Of a stretch of DNA of 40,474 bases, positions 1-8,981 are shown in pieces; positions within the stretch are counted from its first letter, which is position 1, and every line of letters starts with the position of its first letter. A program made the position numbers and the translations under genes. Source of the DNA: Fimbriimonadales bacterium (lineage in GTDB: Bacteria; Armatimonadota; Fimbriimonadia; Fimbriimonadales; ATM1); NCBI GenBank assembly GCA_051003155.1, contig JBPCLO010000030.1:1-40474 (forward strand), written 5' to 3'. The notes under the pieces are model-generated. The model was not told the DNA's origin. It made no database searches and worked only from the letters and a program-made list of their open reading frames with translations.

Positions 1-72
1 GAAAAATTGCGTCGCGAGGGTTTACCTCAGTCGACAGGGAACCGCCCGGAAAAACGCCAAAACACCAATCCA

Positions 73-1011
73 ATGCTGACACCCTTTGTCTTTACTGCGG
101 CGACGAGCCAGATTGGCTACGTCGCCACTCCCGCGGGCGCAATCCTGGGTCAGGAGGCGCTCGCCTTGGCGGCGGCCCCCACGGGATCGCGGTTCGCAGC
201 CGCGATGAGCGATAAGTCGATCAAGATCTTCGACGCCAAGACGCGCATGAGCCTCGCGACTTTTCAGGGCCACACTTTTCAGCCCAGGGCGATCGCTTGG
301 AGCCCGAAGGGCGACAAGATCGCAAGCGGCTCTGAGAACGCCGAGATTCGGATATGGGACGTAAAGACGGGCGCGTCGAAGTCCATTAAGGGAACGCACC
401 TGCGCTCCATTAACGCCCTATTCTTCAACGCAAAGGGCACCCTGCTGCTCAGCACAAGCGACGACGACACCTCGAAAGTTTGGGACCTCGCCAGCACCAA
501 GAAGCCGGTCGCGATCATATACGGTAAGGGCATCAACATCTACGGGACTCGCTGGGACAAATCGGGTTCGCGAATATTGGCGGGTACGCTCGCACAAGGC
601 TTCTTGCTCTACAGCCCCAAGACGTACACCGTCGTGAAGGCTCTCGGCGGACACCCGGGGTACGGCGTCAACGATGTGGACGTGAACGACCTTGGGACCC
701 GGGCAGCCACGGCGGGACGAGACGGCGCGGTCGGAATCTGGGACCTGAAGACCAAGCAGCGAATCGCTTATTTGCGGGGCCACACCGACTGGGTAATGAG
801 AGTGAAATTCGACCCGACAGGCGCATTCGTTGCGAGCAGCGCGACCGACGGAACGGTTCGAATATGGAACGTCCGGGCGCTCAAATTGGCGGTAGAAATC
901 CCCGATCAGAGCTACACGGGGAGTCCGCTGGCCTGGGTTGCCGGCGGGAATATGCTTATCACCCAAGGGGATGATAATTACATCAGGATATTCAAATTCG
1001 GGAAGCAGTAG
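73..1011 (+). CDS. WD40 repeat (beta-propeller) protein
   Basis: Repeated GH...WD units (GHTFQPRAIAWSPKG...IRIWD; GHTDWVMRVKFDPTG...VRIWN). ATG at 73 preferred over the TTG at 7. Confidence 0.9.
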   Translation: MLTPFVFTAATSQIGYVATPAGAILGQEALALAAAPTGSRFAAAMSDKSIKIFDAKTRMSLATFQGHTFQPRAIAWSPKGDKIASGSENAEIRIWDVKTGASKSIKGTHLRSINALFFNAKGTLLLSTSDDDTSKVWDLASTKKPVAIIYGKGINIYGTRWDKSGSRILAGTLAQGFLLYSPKTYTVVKALGGHPGYGVNDVDVNDLGTRAATAGRDGAVGIWDLKTKQRIAYLRGHTDWVMRVKFDPTGAFVASSATDGTVRIWNVRALKLAVEIPDQSYTGSPLAWVAGGNMLITQGDDNYIRIFKFGKQ

Positions 1012-1047
1012 GTTGTTCGCGTGTTATACTGTCCGTTCTACAGGCTT

Positions 1048-1815
1048 ATGCGAGTAACAGGAATCTGCGCGGCGTTGTTCGCCTGCCTCCTTCTGGTCGG
1101 CACGGCGGACGCTCAAAGAAATACTGGCCGAAACCCGAAAAGGGCTAAGGTCGGCAAGCTGGGCCAACTCAACCAGAAAACGCCCATCTTTGCCAAGCCC
1201 GACAAAGGCTCGCGCATCCTTTATCGAGGTGATGCTCAACTCTACGTCGTCATGAAGAGCATCGACGGCGACTGGGTTACCCTCGTCATGGCCGATGGTA
1301 CGAACGGCTATCTCGAGACTAAGTACGTCGATAGCCTGCCCTACGAAGTCAATGTGAAGAAGCCCGAGCCCGTGGCGGTCCCTATTGCGACTCGCGGCGG
1401 CTTTGAGCGGCGAGGCAGCCGTGGCGGCTCGCCGGTCCTCGGGGACGACCTGGGCAGCCAGATTGTGCGGATGGGCATGAACTACGTCGGCACGCCCTAC
1501 GTCTGGGGTGGAAACAGCCTGTCAGGCGGAATCGACTGCAGCGGCTTCGTCCAGCAGCTTTTCAGGGCTCAAAGCATTAGTTTGCCGCGAACCGCGCAAG
1601 AGCAGAGCTACGTCGGCATGCCCGTGGACAATTTCTCCGGCCTACAAGCCGGCGACCGGTTGTACTTTACTGATTCCAAACGCGCCCGCATCACGCACAC
1701 CGGCATCTACATGGGCAACGGCCACTTCATCCACAGCAGCAGCGGCCTGAACGGCATCTACACCAGCGCTCTCAACGACCGCTGGATGCGCATCCTCATC
1801 AACGTGCGCCGGTAG
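1048..1815 (+). CDS. NlpC/P60 (C40) cell-wall peptidase with N-terminal SH3-like domain
   Basis: Signal peptide, SH3b-like segment (GDWVTLVMADGTNGYL), then GTPYVWGG...IDCSGFV...HTGIYMGNGHFIHS catalytic motifs. Start taken at ATG 1048. Confidence 0.93.
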   Translation: MRVTGICAALFACLLLVGTADAQRNTGRNPKRAKVGKLGQLNQKTPIFAKPDKGSRILYRGDAQLYVVMKSIDGDWVTLVMADGTNGYLETKYVDSLPYEVNVKKPEPVAVPIATRGGFERRGSRGGSPVLGDDLGSQIVRMGMNYVGTPYVWGGNSLSGGIDCSGFVQQLFRAQSISLPRTAQEQSYVGMPVDNFSGLQAGDRLYFTDSKRARITHTGIYMGNGHFIHSSSGLNGIYTSALNDRWMRILINVRR

Positions 1816-1856
1816 TATTCTCGTTGGCAGAACACGTCATCAGGACACCTACGCGG

Positions 1857-2055
1857 CGGGCGGGGTGGCCTGACCCTGGGAGACCCGAATCGACTCATTT
1901 GGCTGTCACAATCCGCCGGATCGCTCGTCCGTGAACGACCTTACACCCGGCACAAACTTATCGGCAAAGAGGCGGTAACATCGCAAAATGGACCGATCCC
2001 AGGTACACGACCGCTGGGCCATATGCTTCCGCAAGACCCTGGACAAGAAGAGCGG
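1857..2055 (+). repeat. Diverged direct repeat, copy 1 (~200 bp)
   Basis: cgggcggggtggcctgaccctgggagacccg...gacaagaagagcgg aligns colinearly with 2813-3034. Confidence 0.9.
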
Positions 2056-2476
2056 AGCCCACGACAGATGTATAGAAGCCCCCTATGGGCCGGCTATTCG
2101 GAATATGGGGCACACAAGTTGTTGCGACCAGGACCTGCGCAACTGCGCAATGCACGCTCTGGATATAGAGTGCTGCAAAGAATCGGAGCGGCCCGACGCT
2201 TGCAGAGCTGCCGCTAGAGCAGGTTATGAGGGTATGTGGGTAACGACGCGGATAGTTTACAATGGTAGGAAGCCTGGATGTCTGCCGGTGCTCGAACGTG
2301 GAAAGTCGCGTGTAAGCATTGGGGTAACCCCACTTGTTCAACTCCGCAAGGCGCAGGTTCTGGGTTTGGAGCCAGTTGGTGATGATGCGCGTGACCATTT
2401 CAGACCTTATGCTCACGGTCGGCCTTATCGCGGCCGCGACCATCGCTGGATCGATAATCTGGTTCGTAACTTTTGA
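1988..2476 (+). pseudogene. Putative RHS-derived toxin tip remnant, phospholipase A2-like
   Basis: After the repeat-derived N-terminus comes a Cys-rich AHDRCI...CCDQDLRNC...ECC segment resembling the PLA2 HD.C / CD..L..C pattern. Confidence 0.4.
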
Positions 2477-2774
2477 ACGACGGGACGACGGGGTGTTTGT
2501 CCAAGTTGGTCTCTGGCTAGTGCTGTGTTGCCTAGCCGCGACAGCCATCATCGACCGGGGAAGACACTCTATCCCCTTCTTCCTCGTCAGAGGTGGCGGT
2601 ATCGGCCTGATTTCACTTGGCTTGGGATGGCTCCTCTTAGCCCTGACCTACTCATCTTCACTTTGGCCGCGCCAAAGTGATTTCAGCTTTGACCTTGGTG
2701 TTGCTGTTATGAGGGCCGTGCCGATGTTTCTTCTTGGTCTCCTTTTGATGTTTGCAAGCAGGCTCATCAAATGA
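2382..2774 (+). CDS. Small 4-TM membrane protein, candidate immunity protein
   Basis: Four hydrophobic stretches; lies immediately downstream of and overlaps the toxin-like ORF. ATG at 2382/2385. Confidence 0.55.
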   Translation: MMRVTISDLMLTVGLIAAATIAGSIIWFVTFERRDDGVFVQVGLWLVLCCLAATAIIDRGRHSIPFFLVRGGGIGLISLGLGWLLLALTYSSSLWPRQSDFSFDLGVAVMRAVPMFLLGLLLMFASRLIK

Positions 2775-2812
2775 CCCGGAATCGAAGATCGGATTGCACG
2801 ACAAGAACATAC

Positions 2813-3034
2813 CGGGCGGGGTGGCCCGACCCTGAGAGACCCGATTCGTGTGCCACGGATGAGCGATTCGACTCATTCGGCTGTCACTACCCGCCGGATC
2901 GCTCCTCCGTGAAAGGCCTTACACCTGGCACAAATTTATCGGCAAACACGCGGGTTCCATCGCAAGATGGAGCGACGCATGGTACGCAGCCGCGGGGCCA
3001 TAAACTTCCGGCAGACCCTCGACGAGAAGAGCGG
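2813..3034 (+). repeat. Diverged direct repeat, copy 2
   Basis: Homologous to 1857-2055 with an extra ~22 nt bounded by cgattcg duplications. Confidence 0.9.
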
Positions 3035-3130
3035 CGAGCAGACGATCGTCAGCTTCGCGTATGAACTCGACGCCGCGGGTATCCGGCTTTCGGTTACCGA
3101 CAAGGACGGCAAGTACTACGGGTTCGGTCG
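2967..3130 (+). pseudogene. RHS/YD-repeat gene fragment
   Basis: TIVSFAYELDAAGIRLSVTDKDG resembles an RHS core repeat (Y.LDA.GNR.SV.E.DG); homology is lost afterwards. Confidence 0.55.
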
Positions 3131-3204
3131 GGGTGGCCCCTTTTGGGTAAGTCTGCAATGCGCCCGGACGCGTCGCCCCCATGCGTGTAGCGTATATCGT
3201 GTGG

Positions 3205-3265
3205 CCCGGACAGGTTCGCGCAGGCATGTTCGTTTGCAGAAAGCCCCGCAGCGAACCTGTCCGGG
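3205..3265. repeat. 15-bp perfect inverted repeat (REP-like palindrome)
   Basis: cccggacaggttcgc (3205-3219) and gcgaacctgtccggg (3251-3265), 31-nt spacer. Confidence 0.8.
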
Positions 3266-3408
3266 TGTCGGGCTCTTGCTAGCGGAGATTTGAGTGGACG
3301 GTTCACGCAGAATGGTGTGCTACGGTTTACATGCGCCGTTAACGACGCCCTAAGACCTGGGTGACTGGCGATTCACCGGCAGGCTCGCTCAATGGAACCG
3401 GAAGGCTC

Positions 3409-4968
3409 TTACTTCACCGTGCCTATCACCGGAATCGTGATCGTTGGGTAGCGGTCGGAGTCCGTATTCACGGTTACCATTCCTGAAATCGGACCGGGCT
3501 TCGCGGGCTTACCGGTGATCGTGATGCGGTACTTCCGGTCGGAGTCGGCGGACCATGTGGCTTCGATCGTGTCGCCTTCGGCGGAGACGCCGTCGATATT
3601 GAAAGGCTTGGTCGCATGCTCCACGATAACCGTCCGCGTAACCGACTGGCCGGTAGCCACAACTCCGAAGTACGCGGTCTTGGGTTGAGCGAAGATTCCC
3701 TTGTGTGTCTCGATCGTTACGTCAGCATTGGGACGCTTCTTGGAGTCTGTCAGGATAATGATTCGGACCCATTCCAGTCCGGCCCGGTAATCCGTCGGGA
3801 ACCTAACGCGGACACGGTATCCGAGACGCTTCTGGGGGGTGGGGCCGAATAACGGATCGACGATCGGTTCGTTGAACGGCAGGACCTGCGTTTCGACATT
3901 GGGCTTTCCCGCCTGCGCCGTCAGCACACGAATCGGGTTTCCGGGAGTCGCGTAGACGATGATATCGTGCGTGGTCGGTGCGTCTTCACTCAGCGAAACG
4001 ACTTGGATGCCCTCAGGCAAGACCCGGTACTCCGGCACCGAGACGACGTGCATTTCGAGGGTTCGCGTGGGCTCGGCAGGGTCGTTAGTGTGGACGTACA
4101 GGTGCTTGTCGAGCGCGCCCATGTAATCGGCCGTGTCGAGTACGATCTTCACGTCGATGGACTCGCCCGGCGCAATCCCAGGACGCGCCAACGCGATCAT
4201 GCAGGCGCACGTCGATTCCAGGTCGAGAAGCGCCGGCGCATTGCCTTTGTTCGAAATAGTGAGCGAGAATTCCACCTTGGTCCCCTGCGTCACCGTACCG
4301 CCGTCGAGGGTCTTCTTGTCGAGCGCGATCAGGGGCTGTGCGGGAGTAAGCTTAGACCTGGATGCGATGGCCCTGGATAGAGCTTCGCGGGCTTGAAGCA
4401 AATGGGATAAGTGGCTAATCTCGGCGATATCAGGGACGAGCTTTGGGTCCTGCGGGTTGTCCGGCCGGTAGACCACCGGCCCCATGAGGTGGCGACGACG
4501 CGTTGTCGGGGCCAGGCCCAATGCGTAGCCGAACGCCTTGGCGGCGTTCCAAGCCATCGACCTGCGCGAGGCGGGCTTGAGGTCCTCGGCGAAAATTGGT
4601 ACGGTGGCCGCGAGTCTGCCGTCCCTCCATGTGAAAAGGTCGCCATCCGCAGGCATCTCGGCGAAAATAAAGCGGACAAATGGTTCACTGCTCGGAACGA
4701 AGCGGGTCCTCCCGTCGGTCGCTAGCGACCAGACACTAGCTGCTTCTTTGATAACGTCGGCATAGGCGTCGGAGACCTGGTAGCCGATTTCGCTGAGGGG
4801 CCATTCTCCAAGCTTCGTGCCGGCCTCGGCGAACTTCGACTGGGACAGTAGCCGCTGGACTTCGACGTTGACGCGGTGAATATGGGTCGATGTGCGGGGC
4901 GGCAAGGTCGGTCCTATGTCGCCGCCGGCAACGACCAAAAGCAGGCTCAATGCTAACACTGGACTCAT
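3409..4968 (-). CDS. Secreted DUF1573/Ig-like domain protein with degenerate matrixin-like domain
   Basis: Signal peptide MSPVLALSLLLVVAGG; ISNKGNAPALL..ESTCACM...IAPGES...HTNDP is DUF1573-like. Start at ATG 4968, since the longer ORF overlaps the divergent gene. Confidence 0.75.
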   Translation of the reverse strand: MSPVLALSLLLVVAGGDIGPTLPPRTSTHIHRVNVEVQRLLSQSKFAEAGTKLGEWPLSEIGYQVSDAYADVIKEAASVWSLATDGRTRFVPSSEPFVRFIFAEMPADGDLFTWRDGRLAATVPIFAEDLKPASRRSMAWNAAKAFGYALGLAPTTRRRHLMGPVVYRPDNPQDPKLVPDIAEISHLSHLLQAREALSRAIASRSKLTPAQPLIALDKKTLDGGTVTQGTKVEFSLTISNKGNAPALLDLESTCACMIALARPGIAPGESIDVKIVLDTADYMGALDKHLYVHTNDPAEPTRTLEMHVVSVPEYRVLPEGIQVVSLSEDAPTTHDIIVYATPGNPIRVLTAQAGKPNVETQVLPFNEPIVDPLFGPTPQKRLGYRVRVRFPTDYRAGLEWVRIIILTDSKKRPNADVTIETHKGIFAQPKTAYFGVVATGQSVTRTVIVEHATKPFNIDGVSAEGDTIEATWSADSDRKYRITITGKPAKPGPISGMVTVNTDSDRYPTITIPVIGTVK

Positions 4969-5023
4969 TGTATCTATGTATTGGACGCACCGCACCATCC
5001 GGCGGCTATAATTCCAGCAACGA

Positions 5024-6583
5024 ATGTTTAGTGTCACTCTCTCGAAGGACCATTTGAGAGTCGAACCCGGAAGCGCAGCTACGCTAACCGTTAACGTCAA
5101 GAACAACGGGACGGACGCCGACCGGGTCGAAATCAACCTAAGCGGCCTCGATAACGATTGGGTGGCCGTCCCGGTTCCCAGCTTCATGCTGGAACCTGGC
5201 GTTGAGCGTGCAGAAAAGATTCTCATCAAGCCGCCCAGAACGGCCGAGAGCAAGGCCGGCGCCTACCCGTTTGCGGTGAGCGTGAAGTCGCTCGAGACCG
5301 GCGCCTTGACCGACGCCCCGTCGGTGCTGGACGTCGAGGCATTCCATCTCATCAGCATCGAAATCGAGCCCAAGCGAGGGGTTGCCGGATTCCTGCGCAA
5401 AGAAGCGCCCTTTGGCGTCACTGCGATCAATCTAGGTAATTCAGATCAGAACTTGCAGTTGTTCGCGGACGATCCCGAAGACGGCTGCACGTACCGGTTC
5501 GATCAGGAGCGCGTTCAACTTTCACCGGGCCAGCAAAGAGAGGTCGGCCTCAGCGTGCAGCCGGTAAGCGTTCCGATGGTTGGTTCCGCGCAGCTTTACG
5601 GGTTTACAGTTATCGCTCGGAGCGTGGAGAACCCTCTCGTCGTGGCGAACGCTTCCGGACAGGTCGAGCGCCGGGCGATGTTGACCCCCGCCTTGCTTCT
5701 TGCGGTTCTCGCAATTGTCGCATTGGCCGGGTACTGGATCGCGGCTCGCCCAAAGCCCGCTGAGATGGATTCGCTCGATGCGGACGCAACCGAAGTACTC
5801 GCGGGAAAAACCGTGACATTGTCCTGGGCTGCGACGAATGCGAAGTCCGTTACGATCGAGACGCAGGACGGGCCATTCCTGCAGGGACTCAAGCCGAATG
5901 GCAGCACCACAATCCCGCTGAACAAGACGACAACGTATTACGCCTACGCAGTCAATGAGCTGGGTAGATCGCGAGCGCCGAGGCAGTTGACCGTGGTGGC
6001 ACGCATCGAACCACAGCCTCAGCCCGCCTTTATCGCTTCTTTCACCGTCTCTCGGCGCAACGTGAATGTCGGCGACACGGTCACCGTGAAGTACACGGTG
6101 TCCAATGCAACCAAGGTTCAGCTGCAGCCCCTTGGGGTCGACCTGCCTGTAAAGGGCTTGGATTCGTACGACTTCATCGCGGAACAGCCGGGCACGATGA
6201 CATTGAAGCTAACTGCGTATAACGTGAAGAACGAGGCGGTCAGCAAAACGCAAGCGATCAGCGTCCGAGAAGTGAGTGTTGCGAAGATTTTGGTTTTCAG
6301 AGCCCTTTTGAACGGCGAGCCGCTAGGCAGTCGTGCGGTGGACGCCGGCATGCCGGTTGGAATCGAGTGGCACGTTTCAAACGCCGAGATCGTTCGGGTC
6401 GAGCCGGACATTGGCATCGGCACGAGTCAGGGCGCGCTTTCGTTCGTTCCAGAGAAGACCGGCCTATACACGCTGACCGCAATGGACAGTTCCGGACGGC
6501 CCGCGGTCTCGCGCATCACCATCAGGGTCAAGAAACCGGCCCCGCCGCCGACGGAGCCTCCGCCGATGGGCCCGCCCGGTTAG
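5024..6583 (+). CDS. Single-pass membrane protein with tandem Ig-like beta-sandwich domains
   Basis: Two N-terminal repeats of the VEPG...V.N.G...D type, a TM helix (ALLLAVLAIVALAGYWI), three C-terminal LSW/TYTLTA-type repeats and a Pro-rich tail. Confidence 0.7.
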   Translation: MFSVTLSKDHLRVEPGSAATLTVNVKNNGTDADRVEINLSGLDNDWVAVPVPSFMLEPGVERAEKILIKPPRTAESKAGAYPFAVSVKSLETGALTDAPSVLDVEAFHLISIEIEPKRGVAGFLRKEAPFGVTAINLGNSDQNLQLFADDPEDGCTYRFDQERVQLSPGQQREVGLSVQPVSVPMVGSAQLYGFTVIARSVENPLVVANASGQVERRAMLTPALLLAVLAIVALAGYWIAARPKPAEMDSLDADATEVLAGKTVTLSWAATNAKSVTIETQDGPFLQGLKPNGSTTIPLNKTTTYYAYAVNELGRSRAPRQLTVVARIEPQPQPAFIASFTVSRRNVNVGDTVTVKYTVSNATKVQLQPLGVDLPVKGLDSYDFIAEQPGTMTLKLTAYNVKNEAVSKTQAISVREVSVAKILVFRALLNGEPLGSRAVDAGMPVGIEWHVSNAEIVRVEPDIGIGTSQGALSFVPEKTGLYTLTAMDSSGRPAVSRITIRVKKPAPPPTEPPPMGPPG

Positions 6584-6698
6584 ATGGGAAAGCGGTTTGT
6601 AACGCGTTTTGGCCTGTTTTGACTTAACCCGAGCGAATTGATCGTGTCGTCGCTCAAGGGATATTCGACGAAGATTTGAGGGAAAAGGAGCGACAGGT

Positions 6699-8231
6699 AT
6701 AAAGAGACGAGCGCTGATCTCGGTAAGCGACAAGACGGGCGTGGTCGAATTCGCCAAGGGCCTTTCTGCCAAGGGATTCGAAATTCTCAGCACCGGTGGC
6801 ACCGCAGGCTTCCTTCGGGAAGCGGGGTTGTCTATTACGGGCGTGAGCGAGTATACGGGCCAGCCGGAAGTGTTCGGCGGCCGGGTCAAAAGCCTTCACC
6901 CGAAGATTCACGGCGGTCTGCTCGCGAACCCGGACGATCCGAAGCATAGGGCCGAGATGGACGTCCACGAGATCGCTCCGATTGAAGTACTCGCTGTCAA
7001 TCTATATCCCTTCGAGCAGATGGTGTCGGAGGGAGCCGGGAGGGGCGTCGCGATCGAGAACATAGACATCGGCGGCCCAGCCATGATAAGGGCTGCCGCG
7101 AAAAACGCGCAGCGAGTGCTCGTTATCGTCGATCCCGAAGACTACCCGTTGGCTGTCGACGCCGTCGATTCAGCCGACGATTCTTTGCGTAAAGGGCTGC
7201 AAGCCAAGGCGTTCGCGCATACTGCCTACTACGATTCACTGATCGCGGAGTATCTCTCGCACGGCGAGCTCGGTCTGACGCTTACCCTCGGTTTGCGTTT
7301 GCGTGACACGTTACGGTACGGCGAGAACCCGCACCAAAAAGCCGGCATCTACATCCAGCCGTTTGCACACGGTGGGATTGCCCAGGCCGAGCAGCTCTGG
7401 GGCAAGCAGCTCAGTTACAACAACTACCTCGATGCGGACTGCGCGTGGAAGCTGGTTAGCGATCTCAACGCAGACGGGTCCGGAAGGCCATGCGTGATTG
7501 TGAAACACGGAAATCCATGTGGGGTGGCCTGGAGCGAAGACGTCGCCATGTCGTTTTCCCAGGCGCGTGCGGGAGATCCAATCTCGGCGTTCGGCGGCAT
7601 CGTGGCGATCCCATGCGACCTGCCGGTGGAAGCCGCCGAGGCAATGACGCAGAAAGGCAACTTTTTTGAGGTCGTAATCTGCTCACGCATATCGCCCGAA
7701 GCGCTTGAAGTATTCAAGAACCGAAGCGGTTGGGGGCAGGATGTGCGCATTCTTGAGGCCGCAGAGCCTCCAGCAGGTCGATACACGGCGGTGCGGACGA
7801 TCAGTGGGGGAGCCCTCGTTCAAGAGGCCGACACAGACGTCCCGGTGGATTGGCGCGTTGTTACTGCCAGCCAGCCATCGGAAGCGGAAACGATTGCACT
7901 TCGCATGGCCTGGATAATCGCTAAGCATGTCAAGTCGAACGCCATTGTAGTTGCTTCATCGGACAGGCTTTTAGGGGTCGGAGCCGGCCAAATGAACCGT
8001 GTACAATCGGTACGCCTGGCACTGGAGCAGGCCAGCGCGGAAGCGGTCGGCTCCGCGCTCGCGAGCGATGCATTCTTCCCGTTCCCGGATAGCGTAGAAG
8101 CGGCAGCTTCCGCAGGAGTCGCCGCCGTCGTCCAGCCTGGGGGATCAAAAAAGGACGGCGAAGTCATCGAAGCCGCGAACCGATTGGGAGTTGCGATGGT
8201 CTTTACGGGTGTCCGCCACTTTCGACACTAG
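6699..8231 (+). CDS. purH: Bifunctional AICAR transformylase/IMP cyclohydrolase
   Basis: RALISVSDKTG, STGGT, GRVKSLHP, IDIGGP, RYGENPHQ, KHGNPCG, KSNAI, ASDAFFPF, RHFRH. The conserved N-terminus extends upstream of 6741 to an ATA at 6699 behind AAGGAG. Confidence 0.97.
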   Translation: MKRRALISVSDKTGVVEFAKGLSAKGFEILSTGGTAGFLREAGLSITGVSEYTGQPEVFGGRVKSLHPKIHGGLLANPDDPKHRAEMDVHEIAPIEVLAVNLYPFEQMVSEGAGRGVAIENIDIGGPAMIRAAAKNAQRVLVIVDPEDYPLAVDAVDSADDSLRKGLQAKAFAHTAYYDSLIAEYLSHGELGLTLTLGLRLRDTLRYGENPHQKAGIYIQPFAHGGIAQAEQLWGKQLSYNNYLDADCAWKLVSDLNADGSGRPCVIVKHGNPCGVAWSEDVAMSFSQARAGDPISAFGGIVAIPCDLPVEAAEAMTQKGNFFEVVICSRISPEALEVFKNRSGWGQDVRILEAAEPPAGRYTAVRTISGGALVQEADTDVPVDWRVVTASQPSEAETIALRMAWIIAKHVKSNAIVVASSDRLLGVGAGQMNRVQSVRLALEQASAEAVGSALASDAFFPFPDSVEAAASAGVAAVVQPGGSKKDGEVIEAANRLGVAMVFTGVRHFRH

Positions 8232-8263
8232 AACGGGATACAATAGCGGACGGAGACAGCGGA

Positions 8264-8590
8264 ATGGCAGAAACGACAACGACAAATACGAATACGTATG
8301 ATTTGCCCGTGATGGTGGGAGCGGCGGTAGTCGCAATCATTTTCATCATCATCTTCTATTACACGGCTCGCGACGCCGTTTCTCCCGCGCCGCCTCCAGA
8401 GCCTGTGACTGCACCGTTGACCGCTGCGGCCGCCCCGGTTGTTATGATCGAAACGTCGGGCAGTGGAGAGACGCCTCAGGCTACCGGTGGCGGAGGTGGG
8501 CCCATGCCTATGGGCGGCGGACCGGCACCGACCGGTGGTGGAGGTGCTCCCGCCATTGCGGGTAAGGGCGGATCAGCTACGGCGAACTAA
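8264..8590 (+). CDS. Small membrane protein with Pro/Gly-rich tail
   Basis: GGAG RBS, one TM helix, low-complexity C-terminus. Confidence 0.7.
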   Translation: MAETTTTNTNTYDLPVMVGAAVVAIIFIIIFYYTARDAVSPAPPPEPVTAPLTAAAAPVVMIETSGSGETPQATGGGGGPMPMGGGPAPTGGGGAPAIAGKGGSATAN

Positions 8591-8604
8591 GAACGAGCGT
8601 TTCT

Positions 8605-8628
8605 CAGGGCGGCCAAAGCCGCCTGTTT
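8605..8628 (+). terminator. Possible intrinsic terminator
   Basis: ggcggc-caaa-gccgcc hairpin followed by tgttt; the U-tract is weak. Confidence 0.4.
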
Positions 8629-8711
8629 GGCATGAGTGGGGGTAGATTGCGAAAAACCGGCCATAATCTGCTAACGTCGCAATTCCCGCGGTTTCGAGAG
8701 ATTTTCGCCAT

Positions 8712-8981
8712 ATGCCATCGCCCCCTGTTATCAATGTCGGGTTCTCGAACTTCGTCGCAACGAGCCAAATCGTGGCCTTGGTCAGCAGCGATTCTGCGCC
8801 CATGCGGAGGCTGGTTCAGAATCTCAGAAAGTCCGGTGCGCTCATCGATGCAACGCATGGCCGTAAAACGAAAAGCATCATTTTCACGCTTAGTTCGCAA
8901 GTCGTTCTCTCGGCAATTTCACAAGAAACGTTGGCGAGACGCCTTTCCTCCGGAGAATCCGTTGGTGGCGACGAGGAGTGA
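8712..8981 (+). CDS. remA: RemA/DUF370 family regulator
   Basis: INVGFSNFV...SAPMRRL...[14 protein letters not shown]...[12 protein letters not shown] matches the RemA/YlzA family. Confidence 0.88.
   Translation: MPSPPVINVGFSNFVATSQIVALVSSDSAPMRRLVQNLRKSGALIDATHGRKTKSIIFTLSSQVVLSAISQETLARRLSSGESVGGDEE

Noticed and set aside
3355..3395. gtgactggcga resembling the ZMP/ZTP riboswitch core
   Set aside because: The rest of the consensus (GUGGG..CCAC, GCCUGGG pseudoknot) is absent and it is not upstream of purH; nothing similar is seen at 6584-6698 either.
4969..5253. N-terminal extension of the 614-aa ORF
   Set aside because: Overlaps the divergent gene at 5024; the signal peptide begins at 4968.
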